A stretch of 64,000 nt of DNA from Candidatus Omnitrophota bacterium (lineage in GTDB: Bacteria > Omnitrophota > Gorgyraeia > Zapsychrales > JANLHA01). A program made the translations under genes and the position numbers. Numbering within the stretch: position 1 is the stretch's first letter; each line of letters begins with the position of its first letter. This document shows positions 8,316-20,826 of the stretch, piece after piece. Under the pieces are notes generated by a model. It saw nothing but the letters and a program-made list of their open reading frames with translations. It was not told the DNA's origin and ran no database searches. The stretch covers positions 4,601-68,600 of the forward strand of contig JAKQKX010000102.1 in NCBI GenBank assembly GCA_029560465.1. The letters run 5' to 3'.

Positions 8316-11300
8316 CTAAACATTGACTTTTAGACGGCTTTCTCCAACAAGGTCTTTTATTTCGTTCATTAACAACTCATTGGGAGTGACAAAAAGGTCT
8401 TCCCCCACAAGTATTTGAACGCTTTTTCTTGATTTCGTATTAAGATTCAAATACACCGGCGTTTTCCCCGGCGAGAGCGATAATTTACTTTTTAATTTCT
8501 CCAAACTGTCTTCATTCATCCCTGATAAATCAACCTTAATGGCCTTAATAACTTTATAGATCTCCTCTATTTTCTTTATTTCCCGGGCGACTAGCCCGGG
8601 CACATCATCGCGGAAACTCACCCGCCCCACCACCACCACGACTTCCCCTTCCACAAGGCTAGGCGCAACAGCCTGATAAGTGGAAGGGAAGATAACAACC
8701 TCAATGGTTCCTTCCATATCCTCAAGTTTTATAATCGCCATCCGCTCGTTGGTTTTGCGGGTGGTCGTGTATTTGATGCCGCTAATAATACCGACCAATT
8801 TAAGCTCCTGCCCGTCTGTCGCCTGCCTTAGGGTTTTAGTGGTAAAATCAGCAAATTCACGAATTTCCGCATGATAGTGAGACAGGGGATGTCCGGAGAT
8901 ATAAAATCCCAGTGTTTCTTTTTCATACGCGAGGATCTGGGTTTGGGGCCACTCCCGGATGTCCGGGATCGGCTCTTTTTCCTTGGTAAACCCGCTCGCA
9001 TCGTTCTCCATATTAAAAAAAGAAAATTGGCCCGAGGCTTTATCGCGCTGTGCCTTGGCGCCCATATCCAGCGCCTGATCAATGACCGCCGTAAGCTGCG
9101 AGCGGCGCAGGCCAAAACAGTCGCAGGCCCCGCTCTTGATTAAACTTTCCATGACTTTACGGTTCACAAGCCGCAGGTCCACGCGCTCACACAAATCATA
9201 AAGGCTCTGGTAGGGGCCGTCCGAATTGCGGTTCACGACAATCGACTCAATCGCGGTCTGGCCGACGTTTTTAACGCCCAGAAGGCCGAACCGGATCGCA
9301 AGCTCATCCACAACATGGAACTCCGTCACGCTTTCATTCACGTCCGGTGGCAAAACCGTGATACCCATGTGGGTCGATTCCTTGACATATTCCACGATTT
9401 TATCCGTGTTATCCTTTTCACATGTCAACAAGGCGCACATAAATTCCACGGGATAATTCGCTTTCAGATAAGCGGTCTGATAAGAAATCAGCGCGTAAGC
9501 CGCGGAGTGGCTGCGGTTAAACCCGTAACCGGAAAAGTAATCAATCAAATCAAAAAGCTTGTTCGCGTCCCCTTCCTTGATGGCAGAGCTTTTCTGACAG
9601 CCATCCACAAAAGTCCGGCGTATTTCTTCCATAACCTCCGGGATTTTCTTACTCATGGCCCGGCGCAAATGATCGGCCTGTGTCATGGTAAAGCCGGCCA
9701 GGATGCTCGCCATCTGCATAACCTGCTCCTGAAAAATAATAATCCCAAAAGTTTCTTTCAAGATGGATTCCAGTTTGGGGTGAGGGTACTTAATCTGGAT
9801 CTCCCCCCGCTTCCTCTTAATGAAATCATCCAGCATCCCGCTGCCCATGGGGCCGGGGCGGTATAGCGCCAAAATAGAGATAAGGTCTTCAATTTGGCTG
9901 GGGCGGATTTTCTTTAGCAGTTCCCTCATCCCCGCGCTTTCCAGCTGGAAAACCCCAAAACTGTTGGCGTCGCTCAAAAGGCTATACGTCTTTTTATCAT
10001 CCAGGGGGATACGGCTGATATCCAGCTCCACAGAATGACGGGCCCGCACAAGCTTGACCGCCTTATCAATCACCGTCAGTGTCCGCAACCCCAGGAAGTC
10101 CATTTTTAAAAGCCCGATCTTGGCGATCCCGTCCATGGAAAACGCGGTTGTTATCTGGCCGTCAGTCGTTTTAAACAACGGGACATATTCCGTCAACGGC
10201 CGGTCGGCAATCACCACCCCGGCGGCATGAATGGAGGCGTGCCGGTTTAAGCCTTCCAGGACCTGCGCTGTTTCCAGGATTTCCGCAGCGGTCTCATCCT
10301 CCAGGACGATTTTTTTAAGCTGCGGCTCGACCTGCAGGGCCTGCTCGATCGTCATCCCCGGTTCCGCCGGGATCAGCTTGGCGAGCTTGTCCACGTCCGC
10401 GTACGGGACACTCATGACTCTTCCAACGTCACGGATAGCCGCCCGGGCCTGCATCGTCCCGAAGGTAATAATCTGGGCCACATTATCTTTTCCATACTTA
10501 TTCGTCACATATTCGATGACTTCAGGCCGCCTTTCGAAACAAAAATCAATATCAATATCCGGCATCCCCGAGCGTTCCGGGTTCAGGAACCTTTCAAACA
10601 AAAGACCGTATTTCAAGGGGTCCAAATCCGTAATGCCGATCAAATAGCTCACCAGGCTCCCGGCCGCCGAACCCCGCCCCGGCCCGACGGGAATTCCGCG
10701 CTGCTTCGCGTAATGGATAAAATCCCACACGATAAGAAAATAAGACACAAACCCCATTTTTTTGATAATCTTAAGCTCGTACTCCAGCCGCTCCTGAATC
10801 GCCGGGGCGTTCCGGCCCGCGAAACGCCGCTGAATGCCTTCCAGGCAGAGGTTGCGCAAAAAATCCTCTTTCGTGACATCGGTGGGGATGTCGTAATGCG
10901 GCAAATGGTACTGATCAAACCTTAACTGAAGGTTACATTTGTCGGCAATCTCAAGCGTGTTGGCCAAGGCTTCGGGGGCCCAACCGAATTCCCTCGCCAT
11001 CTGCTCCGGATCCTTAAAATAAAACTGGTCGGATTTCATCCGCATATGATTTGGGTCATTCAAAAAAGACTGCGTCTGGATGCACAGAAGCGCTTCGTGG
11101 GCTTTAGCCTGCGATTGCTCCAGGTAATGGACGTCATTGGTCACCACACAGGGGATATTCAACTCCGCGGAAACTTTCAACAGCCCTTCGTTCACGGTCT
11201 TTTGCTCAGGAATCCCATGCTGCATCAGTTCCAGATAAAAGTTCCCTTTTCCGAGGATCTGCTGATAGTCATCGGCAGACTTCAGCGCTGCCGTGAAATC

Positions 11301-11756
11301 TCCCCGCATGAGTTTCTGGGCAACTTCGCCCTTCAAGCAGGCGGATGTTCCAAGCAGCCCTTCTTTTAACTCCGACAGGATTTCTTTATCAATGCGCGGG
11401 CGGTAATAGAATCCTTCCAGGTATCCGGAAGAAACAAGTTTAAGCAAATTTCGATACCCTGTCTCGTCTTTGGCGAGAAGGACAAGGTGGGACGCGCCGG
11501 GCTGCTGGGCCCCTTTATCAAGCCGGCTGCCGGAGGCGACATACGTTTCACAGCCGATAATCGGTTTCACGCCGTGCTTAACGGCCGTTTGGTAAAAATC
11601 AACCGTACCGAAAAGGTTGCCGTGATCGGTCATGGCCAAGGCGGGCAATTTATACTCCGCGGCCTTTTTCACCAACTCTTTCACCCGGCAGGCGCCGTCC
11701 AGCAGGCTGTACTGTGTGTGGACGTGCAAATGGACAAAATCGGCATGATACTTCAT
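8316..11756 (-). CDS. dnaE: DNA polymerase III alpha subunit
   Basis: 1146 aa; PHP domain at the N-terminus (HLHVHTQYSLLDGA), polymerase core and OB-fold tail. Confidence 0.95.
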   Translation of the reverse strand: MKYHADFVHLHVHTQYSLLDGACRVKELVKKAAEYKLPALAMTDHGNLFGTVDFYQTAVKHGVKPIIGCETYVASGSRLDKGAQQPGASHLVLLAKDETGYRNLLKLVSSGYLEGFYYRPRIDKEILSELKEGLLGTSACLKGEVAQKLMRGDFTAALKSADDYQQILGKGNFYLELMQHGIPEQKTVNEGLLKVSAELNIPCVVTNDVHYLEQSQAKAHEALLCIQTQSFLNDPNHMRMKSDQFYFKDPEQMAREFGWAPEALANTLEIADKCNLQLRFDQYHLPHYDIPTDVTKEDFLRNLCLEGIQRRFAGRNAPAIQERLEYELKIIKKMGFVSYFLIVWDFIHYAKQRGIPVGPGRGSAAGSLVSYLIGITDLDPLKYGLLFERFLNPERSGMPDIDIDFCFERRPEVIEYVTNKYGKDNVAQIITFGTMQARAAIRDVGRVMSVPYADVDKLAKLIPAEPGMTIEQALQVEPQLKKIVLEDETAAEILETAQVLEGLNRHASIHAAGVVIADRPLTEYVPLFKTTDGQITTAFSMDGIAKIGLLKMDFLGLRTLTVIDKAVKLVRARHSVELDISRIPLDDKKTYSLLSDANSFGVFQLESAGMRELLKKIRPSQIEDLISILALYRPGPMGSGMLDDFIKRKRGEIQIKYPHPKLESILKETFGIIIFQEQVMQMASILAGFTMTQADHLRRAMSKKIPEVMEEIRRTFVDGCQKSSAIKEGDANKLFDLIDYFSGYGFNRSHSAAYALISYQTAYLKANYPVEFMCALLTCEKDNTDKIVEYVKESTHMGITVLPPDVNESVTEFHVVDELAIRFGLLGVKNVGQTAIESIVVNRNSDGPYQSLYDLCERVDLRLVNRKVMESLIKSGACDCFGLRRSQLTAVIDQALDMGAKAQRDKASGQFSFFNMENDASGFTKEKEPIPDIREWPQTQILAYEKETLGFYISGHPLSHYHAEIREFADFTTKTLRQATDGQELKLVGIISGIKYTTTRKTNERMAIIKLEDMEGTIEVVIFPSTYQAVAPSLVEGEVVVVVGRVSFRDDVPGLVAREIKKIEEIYKVIKAIKVDLSGMNEDSLEKLKSKLSLSPGKTPVYLNLNTKSRKSVQILVGEDLFVTPNELLMNEIKDLVGESRLKVNV

Positions 11757-11895
11757 AAAGATCGGGAACGGTTTAAAAAAATTTATCCGGCCCGTTGGCC
11801 GGTGGTTGTTGGGTTTGTATTATAGCACACTTCAGGCAGCGGTAGAAATATCGCAGACAGCGACGGGACAGCCGGCCCTTGAGGAAAGGCCCGGG

Positions 11896-13482
11896 TTATT
11901 CCCATTCAATGGTCGACGGCGGCTTAGAGCTGACGTCATACACCACCCGGTTCACCCCGGGGACCTCGTTGATGATCCGGTTTGAAATCTTTCCGAGCAG
12001 CTCATAGGGGAGCTTGACCCAGTCCGCGGTCATGCCGTCCACGCTCGAAACACAGCGGACCGCGATCACATTTTCATAAGTCCGCTGGTCTCCCATGACG
12101 CCAACAGTCTTGATAGGAAGGAGGATGGCAAACGCCTGCCAAATATCATGATAAAGCCCTGCTTTTTTAATTTCTTCTATAACCCGTTCGTCCGCTTCCC
12201 GGAGGATATTGGCGCGTTCTTCGGTGACTTCGCCGATAATCCGGATGGCGAGCCCCGGGCCGGGGAACGGCTGGCGGTGGATCATCGTGTCCGGCAGGCC
12301 GAGGTGTTTGCCGATAACCCGGACTTCGTCTTTAAAAAGCTCACGCAGCGGCTCAATAAGCTCAAAATCCATATTTTTCGGAAGCCCGCCGACATTATGG
12401 TGGCTTTTGATAACCGCGGACGGCCCGCCGAACGGAGACATCGATTCTATAACGTCCGGATACAGCGTGCCCTGCGCCAGGAAATCCACCTTCTTCATTT
12501 TCTTGGCGGTTTCCTGAAAGACTTTAATAAACTCTTCCCCGATGATCTTGCGTTTCTGCTCCGGGTCTTCCACGCCTTTAAGCCGCGCGAGGAAGCGTTT
12601 CGAAGCGTCCACGGTGACAAGATTCATCCGGAAATTACCCTTAAAAGTTTTCTGGACGGAAATCACTTCATTCTTCCGCAGCAGGCCGTGATCGACAAAA
12701 ATACAGGTCAGCTGTTTTCCGACCGCTTTCTGCAACAGCATCGCGGTCACCGAAGAATCCACGCCCCCGCTTAATCCCAGGACCACATTCTTCCTCCCGA
12801 CCGTGTCCTGGATCTGCTTGACGGAAAAATTGATAAATTTGTCCATCGTCCAGCGCGGCAGGCATCCGCAGATCTGGTAAACAAAATTAACGAGGACCTG
12901 TGTCCCCCGTTGCGTGTGGACAACTTCGGGATGAAACTGGACGCCGAAAATCTTTTTATTGCGATTAGCGATCGCGGCCATCGAAGCGCTCAAGGTATGG
13001 GCGATCGCCGCGAAACCCTGGGGCAATTTGGTCAACGAGTCAGAATGGCTCATCCAGCAGGTCAGGTTGGTCGGCATGTTGGCAAACAGGTCTTTATTGC
13101 TGTCAACGAATAGTTCCGCCTGCCCGAACTCCCGTTCTTTGCTTTTCTGCACTTTCCCGCCGAACATGTGCGAAATCACCTGCATGCCATAACACACGCC
13201 CAACACCGGCAGCCCCATCTTGAATATTTCCGGATTAGGCTCAGGCGCCCCTTTATCATAAACGCTTAAAGGGCCCCCGGAAAGGATCAGCCCCTTGGGA
13301 TTAAGCTTACGGATATTCTCCGGGTCAATATTGTACGGGACAATTTTGCTGAAAACTTTATTTTCCCGGATACGGCGGGCAATGAGCTGGGTATACTGCG
13401 AACCGAAATCCAAAACTAAAATAAGGTCCTTGTAACGGGGCTTGGTAATCTTAACCGTGAACTTGCTTTTGCCTTGGGGCAT
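11896..13482 (-). CDS. guaA: GMP synthase (glutamine-hydrolysing)
   Basis: GATase1 region ([16 protein letters not shown], catalytic Cys region) plus ATP-pyrophosphatase SGGVDSSV motif; start set at the Met preceding the conserved N-terminus, but the ORF stays open to 13587 with a Lys-rich extension. Confidence 0.85.
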   Translation of the reverse strand: MPQGKSKFTVKITKPRYKDLILVLDFGSQYTQLIARRIRENKVFSKIVPYNIDPENIRKLNPKGLILSGGPLSVYDKGAPEPNPEIFKMGLPVLGVCYGMQVISHMFGGKVQKSKEREFGQAELFVDSNKDLFANMPTNLTCWMSHSDSLTKLPQGFAAIAHTLSASMAAIANRNKKIFGVQFHPEVVHTQRGTQVLVNFVYQICGCLPRWTMDKFINFSVKQIQDTVGRKNVVLGLSGGVDSSVTAMLLQKAVGKQLTCIFVDHGLLRKNEVISVQKTFKGNFRMNLVTVDASKRFLARLKGVEDPEQKRKIIGEEFIKVFQETAKKMKKVDFLAQGTLYPDVIESMSPFGGPSAVIKSHHNVGGLPKNMDFELIEPLRELFKDEVRVIGKHLGLPDTMIHRQPFPGPGLAIRIIGEVTEERANILREADERVIEEIKKAGLYHDIWQAFAILLPIKTVGVMGDQRTYENVIAVRCVSSVDGMTADWVKLPYELLGKISNRIINEVPGVNRVVYDVSSKPPSTIEWE

Positions 13483-13603
13483 TTTGAGCCGCAACGGTTT
13501 TTTCTTTTTAATCGCCTTTCCGAACGGCTTGGAAGAACGGACATTTTTTTGGGATATCGTTTTTTTTGTTTGTCTCATGGTACCCACCTTGTTTTACAAA
13601 GGA

Positions 13604-14764
13604 CTATTTCCCCATGCCGACACGCTGGCCGACCTGAAACATTTTCCCCTCGGTCTGAATCGAAGGGGCGATGATGATTTCCACATCGTGCATCTCTTTG
13701 ATGTTGCGGGCGCCCAGGGATCCCATCGAAGTCTTCAGCGCGCCGACCAAATTCTGCGACCCGTCATCAACTTTGGCCGGGCCATTCAATATCTCGTCCA
13801 GCGTCCCGGTTGTCCCAACCCTAATGCGCGTCCCCCGGGGAAGGTTGGCGTGTGATGTCGCCATGCCCCAGTGATAACCTTTGCCCGGCGCTTCTTCCGC
13901 TTTGGCAAAAGCCGACCCCACCATCGTGGCGTCAGCCCCGGCCGCAAACGCTTTGCATATTTCACCGCCGATCCGCATACCGCCGTCGGTAATAATCGGG
14001 ACATACCGCCCTTTTCTCTTAAAATAGAAATCCCTGGCGGCCGCGGCATCCACTGTGGCGCTGATCTGCGGAACGCCTATCCCCAACACGCCTCGGGTGG
14101 TGCAGGCCGCCCCCGGGCCGACACCGACCAGGATGCCGGAAGCCCCAATTTCCATCAACTCTAAAGAGACATCATTCGTGACGCAATTGCCGACGATGAC
14201 CGGGATTCCGATAGACCCGCAAAATTTTTCAAGGTCAAGAATTTTATACTCTGTTGAAACATGCTTCACCGCCGCCACGGTGGACTGAACGACAAAAATG
14301 TCACACCCGGCCTCTTTAGCAATCTGTCCGTATTTCTGGGCATTCTGCGGGATACAACTCACGACCGCGGGAACTTTGGCTTTCTTAATTTCTTCGACAC
14401 GGGTCGCGATCAATTTCTCTTTGACCGGCTTTAAATAAATGCTCTGCACAAGTTCCGTCGCGTCCTCCGGACTGGCGTGAGCGATTTCTGTTAGGACCTC
14501 TTCCGGATTGTCATAACGGGTCTGGACCCCATCCAGATTAAGCACGGCGACCCCACCCAATTTTCCCATCGCGACCGCAAACCTGACGTCCACAACACCA
14601 TCCATTGCCGCGGCCATAATAGGGACTTTAAATTCCATCCCTCCCAACACACATGTCGTATCCACTTCATTGGGATTTACAGTCACCATCCCAGGGACTA
14701 GGGCGACTTCATCAAAACCATAACACCTTCTTGCCCTTCGACCTATGCCAATCCATTCTGCCAT
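13604..14764 (-). CDS. IMP dehydrogenase-family protein lacking the CBS subdomain (GuaB-related)
   Basis: 386 aa TIM-barrel with catalytic-Cys loop GVGPGAACTTR and no CBS pair; directly upstream of guaA. Confidence 0.8.
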   Translation of the reverse strand: MAEWIGIGRRARRCYGFDEVALVPGMVTVNPNEVDTTCVLGGMEFKVPIMAAAMDGVVDVRFAVAMGKLGGVAVLNLDGVQTRYDNPEEVLTEIAHASPEDATELVQSIYLKPVKEKLIATRVEEIKKAKVPAVVSCIPQNAQKYGQIAKEAGCDIFVVQSTVAAVKHVSTEYKILDLEKFCGSIGIPVIVGNCVTNDVSLELMEIGASGILVGVGPGAACTTRGVLGIGVPQISATVDAAAARDFYFKRKGRYVPIITDGGMRIGGEICKAFAAGADATMVGSAFAKAEEAPGKGYHWGMATSHANLPRGTRIRVGTTGTLDEILNGPAKVDDGSQNLVGALKTSMGSLGARNIKEMHDVEIIIAPSIQTEGKMFQVGQRVGMGK

Positions 14765-14876
14765 AGCCCTAAAACCTCCTAATTATTATCAGTTTAATAG
14801 AGATTGAAGAAGCACATCTTTTTTGATGCCTTAATATAATGGAATTGATGGCTAATGTCAATACTTTATATACGTC

Positions 14877-14913
14877 AAAAAAAACGGCAGGGGAGGATCC
14901 CCTGCCGTTTTCC
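14877..14913 (-). terminator. Rho-independent terminator downstream of groEL
   Basis: Perfect 10-bp stem ACGGCAGGGG/CCCCTGCCGT with an 8-nt T-run on the minus strand. Confidence 0.7.
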
Positions 14914-14934
14914 TTCACACAAACTGACCGGATA

Positions 14935-16596
<1,662 letters not shown>

Positions 16597-16682
16597 TTAT
16601 TTCTTTCAATTCCAGCCGCGCGCTTGGAAGGGTTCCCCCTTTTAAACGCAAATCCGCTTCCCCGCGGGATAGGATGAACGCT

Positions 16683-16985
16683 CTAACTCTTGGCGCCCTT
16701 GACAATCGCCAGGATATCATCCTCGCGCATAATGAGGACATCGTCCCCCTCGCGTGTGGTAATTTCAGTCCCGCTGTATTTGCCGTAAAGGACATGATCC
16801 CCGACTTTGACTTCCGGAGCCTGGACTGTGCCGTTATCCAGGACTTTGCCTTTCCCGACAGCCAGGACTTGCCCTTCCTGGGGCTTCTCTTTGGCGGTAT
16901 CCGGCAAAACGATCCCGCCTTTGGTCGTTTCTTCCGCTTCCAGGGGTTTAATAATGATTCGGTCGGCTAATGGTTGGATATTCAC
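16683..16985 (-). CDS. groS: Co-chaperonin GroES
   Basis: 100 aa; IKPLxDRI start and mobile loop. Confidence 0.95.
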   Translation of the reverse strand: MNIQPLADRIIIKPLEAEETTKGGIVLPDTAKEKPQEGQVLAVGKGKVLDNGTVQAPEVKVGDHVLYGKYSGTEITTREGDDVLIMREDDILAIVKGAKS

Positions 16986-17037
16986 TTCCGCACCTCCTTA
17001 AAAATAAATGAACCGGTTACGTTTAATTCGTTTCGCT

Positions 17038-17064
17038 TTAGCACTTCATTCAGCAGAGTGCTAA
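17038..17064 (-). promoter_or_regulatory. CIRCE operator (HrcA binding site) upstream of groES
   Basis: TTAGCACTT-N9-GAGTGCTAA, a near-perfect match to the consensus TTAGCACTC-N9-GAGTGCTAA. Confidence 0.85.
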
Positions 17065-17091
17065 TTTAATAAAATTCGGTTTTTTTGTCAA
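17063..17091 (-). promoter_or_regulatory. Putative sigma70-type promoter of groESL (-35 TTGACA, about 17-nt spacer, -10 TAAATT) abutting CIRCE
   Basis: Hexamers read on the minus strand just upstream of CIRCE; the -10 is weak. Confidence 0.4.
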
Positions 17092-17187
17092 GAGTTTTTT
17101 AGAAAAAATTTTTTTGTCGTCGACAAATTAGAAAGCACCGGGCCATTGCGAGGATGCCCCGGGCCAATGAGGGATGATGCGAAAAGA

Positions 17188-17976
17188 TTAAAAAACGGAC
17201 TGTGACCACATCAGCGCCAACCCTTTGAAAATCAACGCTTCATCCACATGGGAGATCTCCTTTTTCACGTAAGGGCGATACAACGAAGCGTACCCTCCAG
17301 TAAGGATCACCTGGGGGGCGGAGGGGATTTCCTTTTTAAGCTGCCGTATCAGGCCTTTGATCATTTCTCCATATCCGTAATAAAGGCCGCTTAAGATGCT
17401 GTTCTCGGTATCACGGGCGATCAGGGCCCGGGGTTTGCGCATCTGGACCAACGGCAAAAGCGCCGTGTTGCAAGACAGGGTTTCCGCGGAAAGCCCGATA
17501 CCGGGGACAATCACTCCCCCCAAATAATCACCGCGCGCAGAGACAATATCAAACGTCGTGGCCGTGCCCAGGTCAATGACAACCAACGGCGGGCCGTAAA
17601 GGCATTTTGCCGCGAAGGCCCCGACCAGCCTGTCCTGTCCGACTTGGCCTGGAACCCGGTAACGGTTTTGAATCGGCGGGATGACGTCCTTCCCGACAAT
17701 AACGGGTTTACAGCCAAAAGCCGTCCGGCATACCGAACCGACGCGGCCGGTCAAAGGAGGGACCACGCTGCAGATCATAACGCCGCTTATGTCCTGGCCA
17801 TCTTTCATCCAGGATCGGCTGACCGCAGTGATTTCTTTTTTCATCTGCCCTGCGCTGCTACGCGAAGAGATCCGGTGTTCCGCCACGACCCGCAATCCTT
17901 TCAAAAGGGCCAGATGAACGGCCGTATTGCCGATATCCACGGCGACAAGATGTTGATTTTTTATATTCTTACTCAT
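17188..17976 (-). CDS. coaX: Type III pantothenate kinase
   Basis: N-terminal DIGNT motif (LVAVDIGNTAVHLAL); 262 aa. Confidence 0.85.
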   Translation of the reverse strand: MSKNIKNQHLVAVDIGNTAVHLALLKGLRVVAEHRISSRSSAGQMKKEITAVSRSWMKDGQDISGVMICSVVPPLTGRVGSVCRTAFGCKPVIVGKDVIPPIQNRYRVPGQVGQDRLVGAFAAKCLYGPPLVVIDLGTATTFDIVSARGDYLGGVIVPGIGLSAETLSCNTALLPLVQMRKPRALIARDTENSILSGLYYGYGEMIKGLIRQLKKEIPSAPQVILTGGYASLYRPYVKKEISHVDEALIFKGLALMWSQSVF

Positions 17977-18018
17977 AGAGAAATCATTTTAACACACGGT
18001 TAATCGGGGGAAAAGGAT

Positions 18019-18118
18019 GAAGACGCCGGGGGCTGATGGAGTGAATTAGACCCCAATGCTTTAATAATGATTGAGAGCATTGGGGGCGCTTGAACGAAAT
18101 CAGCCCCCGGCGTCTTAT
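18019..18118. repeat. Nested inverted repeat: outer 18-bp arms GAAGACGCCGGGGGCTGAT/ATCAGCCCCCGGCGTCTT enclosing an inner 10-bp pair CCCCAATGCT/AGCATTGGGG
   Basis: Read directly in the uvrB-coaX intergenic region; no flanking T-run. Confidence 0.5.
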
Positions 18119-18145
18119 ATTCATCCGTTCCATGCTCTTCCACCC

Positions 18146-20176
18146 TTATAACTTTTTTTTCCTGCTCGGCTTCTTGCGGAACATGTCCGCCGGATCGGTC
18201 GTCCCGCACGCCCGCAATTCCTGAATACGGTCTCTTAACAGTGCCGCTTTCTCAAACTGCAAGTTCCGGGCCGCCAGCTCCATCTGCCGTTCCAGTTCGG
18301 AGATCGCACTGGACATCTGAAACGACTCTTCATCCTGTCCGGCCATCTCCCGGGCCAGCTCCTCCGCGTCTTCATACGCCAGGTCCGCGATTCCTCGGGT
18401 GGCTACGGCCTTTTCAATCGTGCGCGGGGTGATATTGTGCCGGCGGTTAAAATCCAGTTGAATGGCCCGGCGACGGTCGCATTCCTCGATCGCTTCCCGC
18501 ATCGCCGCGCTGACCGTGTCCGCGTACATAATCACCTCACCGTGAATATTGCGCGCGGCCCGGCCAGACACCTGAATCAAGGATGTCCGAGAACGCAGGA
18601 AGCCCTGTTTGTCCGCGTCAAAGATGGCCACCAGCGTCACTTCCGGCAAGTCCAGCCCTTCCCGCAAAAGATTTACCCCGACCAGGCAGTCGAATTTTTT
18701 CATCCGCAGGTCCTGTAGAATCTTAGCCCGGTCAATCGTCTGGATATCCGAATGCAGGTATTTCACTTTAATACCCTGCTCCTCTAAATAATCCGCCAGG
18801 TCTTCCGCCATCCGTTTCGTCAAAGTCGTCACCAAAACCCGTTCGTGACGCTCCGCCCGTTGGCGCGTGACCGCAACAAGATCGTCGACTTGCCCCTCTG
18901 TCGGCTTGACAATGATGGGGGGATCCACGATCCCGGTCGGCCGGATAATCTGCTCGGTCATACGGCCCCGGCTGTCCGTGATTTCATAGGGCCCCGGCGT
19001 GGCCGACACGTAGACGCGCTGATGAACACTCTGCAAAAATTCGTCAAACCGCAGGGGACGATTATCCAAGCAAGACGGCAGCCGGAACCCGTATTCCGAA
19101 AGGGTTTCCTTCCGCGCGCGGTCGCCTTCGTACATCCCGCGCAGCTGGGGAATCGTCACGTGCGACTCGTCAATGATGACCAAGAAATCTTCCGGGAAAT
19201 AATCCAGCAGGCAAAACGGGCGGCTGCCCGGCGGCCGCCCTGACAGCGCCCGGGAGTAATTTTCGATGCCATGACAGTACCCGATCTCGCGCAGCATTTC
19301 CATGTCGAAGCGGGTCCGGGTGTTCAGTCGTTGCGCTTCAAGGAGTTTTCCTTGCTGTTTAAAAAACGCGACCCGGGCTTCCAATTCCGTTTCAATCTCT
19401 TGCATCGCCGCGTCGATCCTGGGGGACGACACAATAAAATGCTTGGCCGGATAAATAGCCACCTTAGGCAGGGCCGACTTGATCTCCCCGGTCAGCGGGT
19501 CCACCTGAAATATTTTCTCAATCGTGTCCCCGAAAAATTCAATCCGCACCGCGTCCTGGCGGTACGCCGGGAACACCTCCACGCTGTCCCCCCGCACCCG
19601 GATTTTCCCCCTGGAAAAATCATAATCATTCCGTTCATACTGAATGTCCAACAGCTGGCTGATCAGTTGGTCCCGCTCCAACTCCTGCCCGCGTTCCACA
19701 AACGTCAGGCGCTCCTGGTAATCCTCCGGGGAACCAAGGTTGTAAATACAAGAAACACTGGCCACGATCAAGACGTCCCGGCGGGTCATCAGCGATGTGG
19801 TCGAAGCGAGGCGCAGGCGGTCCAGCCGGTCGTTGATGGACGCGTCTTTCTCGATATATAAATCCGTCTGCGGGATATACGCTTCCGGCTGGTAATAATC
19901 ATAATAACTGACAAAATATTCCACCGCGTTCTCCGGGAAAAACTCCCGGAATTCGCCATAAAGCTGGGCGGCCAGCGTTTTGTTATGGGAAATCACCAGC
20001 ACCGGACGGTTCAGCCGTGCGATCAAATTCGCTAAAGTAAACGTCTTCCCGCTGCCGGTCACCCCCAGAAGGACCTGGGAGGGATATCCTTTTTGGATTC
20101 CTTCGGTGAGTTTGTCAATGGCCTCGTTTTGTTCGGCGACCGGGCGGAATTTGCTTTTAAGGATAAATTGATTCAT
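18146..20176 (-). CDS. uvrB: Excinuclease ABC subunit B
   Basis: Walker A GVTGSGKTFTLANLIA, helicase motifs and C-terminal UvrB/UvrC interaction domain; start set at MNQFILKSKF (ORF extends to 20290). Confidence 0.95.
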   Translation of the reverse strand: MNQFILKSKFRPVAEQNEAIDKLTEGIQKGYPSQVLLGVTGSGKTFTLANLIARLNRPVLVISHNKTLAAQLYGEFREFFPENAVEYFVSYYDYYQPEAYIPQTDLYIEKDASINDRLDRLRLASTTSLMTRRDVLIVASVSCIYNLGSPEDYQERLTFVERGQELERDQLISQLLDIQYERNDYDFSRGKIRVRGDSVEVFPAYRQDAVRIEFFGDTIEKIFQVDPLTGEIKSALPKVAIYPAKHFIVSSPRIDAAMQEIETELEARVAFFKQQGKLLEAQRLNTRTRFDMEMLREIGYCHGIENYSRALSGRPPGSRPFCLLDYFPEDFLVIIDESHVTIPQLRGMYEGDRARKETLSEYGFRLPSCLDNRPLRFDEFLQSVHQRVYVSATPGPYEITDSRGRMTEQIIRPTGIVDPPIIVKPTEGQVDDLVAVTRQRAERHERVLVTTLTKRMAEDLADYLEEQGIKVKYLHSDIQTIDRAKILQDLRMKKFDCLVGVNLLREGLDLPEVTLVAIFDADKQGFLRSRTSLIQVSGRAARNIHGEVIMYADTVSAAMREAIEECDRRRAIQLDFNRRHNITPRTIEKAVATRGIADLAYEDAEELAREMAGQDEESFQMSSAISELERQMELAARNLQFEKAALLRDRIQELRACGTTDPADMFRKKPSRKKKL

Positions 20177-20295
20177 GTTTTTAGAAAAAAACGCGGCTGG
20201 GCAAGCTCCCCCCAAGACCAACCTGTTGCAGAAAACAGAAGCCATAAAAAAGCAGGAAGGACACCCTCCCCTCCGGCGGACAAGGGGCAAAACCG

Positions 20296-20826
20296 CTACG
20301 GCGCGCTTTTCCCTTCCAGAGATTGCTCAATCCGTTTAAAAAGCCCTTCAACAAGAGAATCATGCCGGTGGCGGGCCCGGGCCTTGAGCCAGCCCTCTGT
20401 CACGGTGATGACACGGATTTCGACCTCCGCGACGTCGTTCTTGTGCCGCAGGAACACATTGGCGATCGCGTGCCTGTGGCCCCACAGAGACCAGGTCTCC
20501 CGGTCATTGGAAATAAGGAGGGACTGCCGGGCGTCCAGGTCATTAAATGGATGGCGTTCGTAAACCACCGGGTCGCTTTCTTCCTCGACGATCCAGCCTT
20601 CCTCGGCCAGGGCCAGGATAGCCGCCCGCCGGGCAGGTTCGAACCCGGCGTGAAACCGACGGATATAAGGATTCCGGCTTTGCAGATAACGCGGGATATA
20701 AGCTTTGGCGCAGCCGCCGGAAATAAAAATCAGGAAACAGGACAGGACAGCCAGGATTTGTCCCGAGATCACTGCCCGGGGGGCCGGCCCGAATAAATTA
20801 AAACGCATTTCAGCAAATTTTCCCAT
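20296..20826 (-). CDS. Hypothetical membrane-anchored or secreted protein
   Basis: 176-aa ORF with an N-terminal hydrophobic segment and a Cys close to a lipobox-like position; no recognised domain; start ambiguous (alternative Met at 20808). Confidence 0.5.
   Translation of the reverse strand: MGKFAEMRFNLFGPAPRAVISGQILAVLSCFLIFISGGCAKAYIPRYLQSRNPYIRRFHAGFEPARRAAILALAEEGWIVEEESDPVVYERHPFNDLDARQSLLISNDRETWSLWGHRHAIANVFLRHKNDVAEVEIRVITVTEGWLKARARHRHDSLVEGLFKRIEQSLEGKSAP

Noticed and set aside
11757-11895. Imperfect GC-rich hairpin downstream of guaA
   Set aside because: Stem has a central mismatch and no following T-run on the minus strand. Not called as a terminator.
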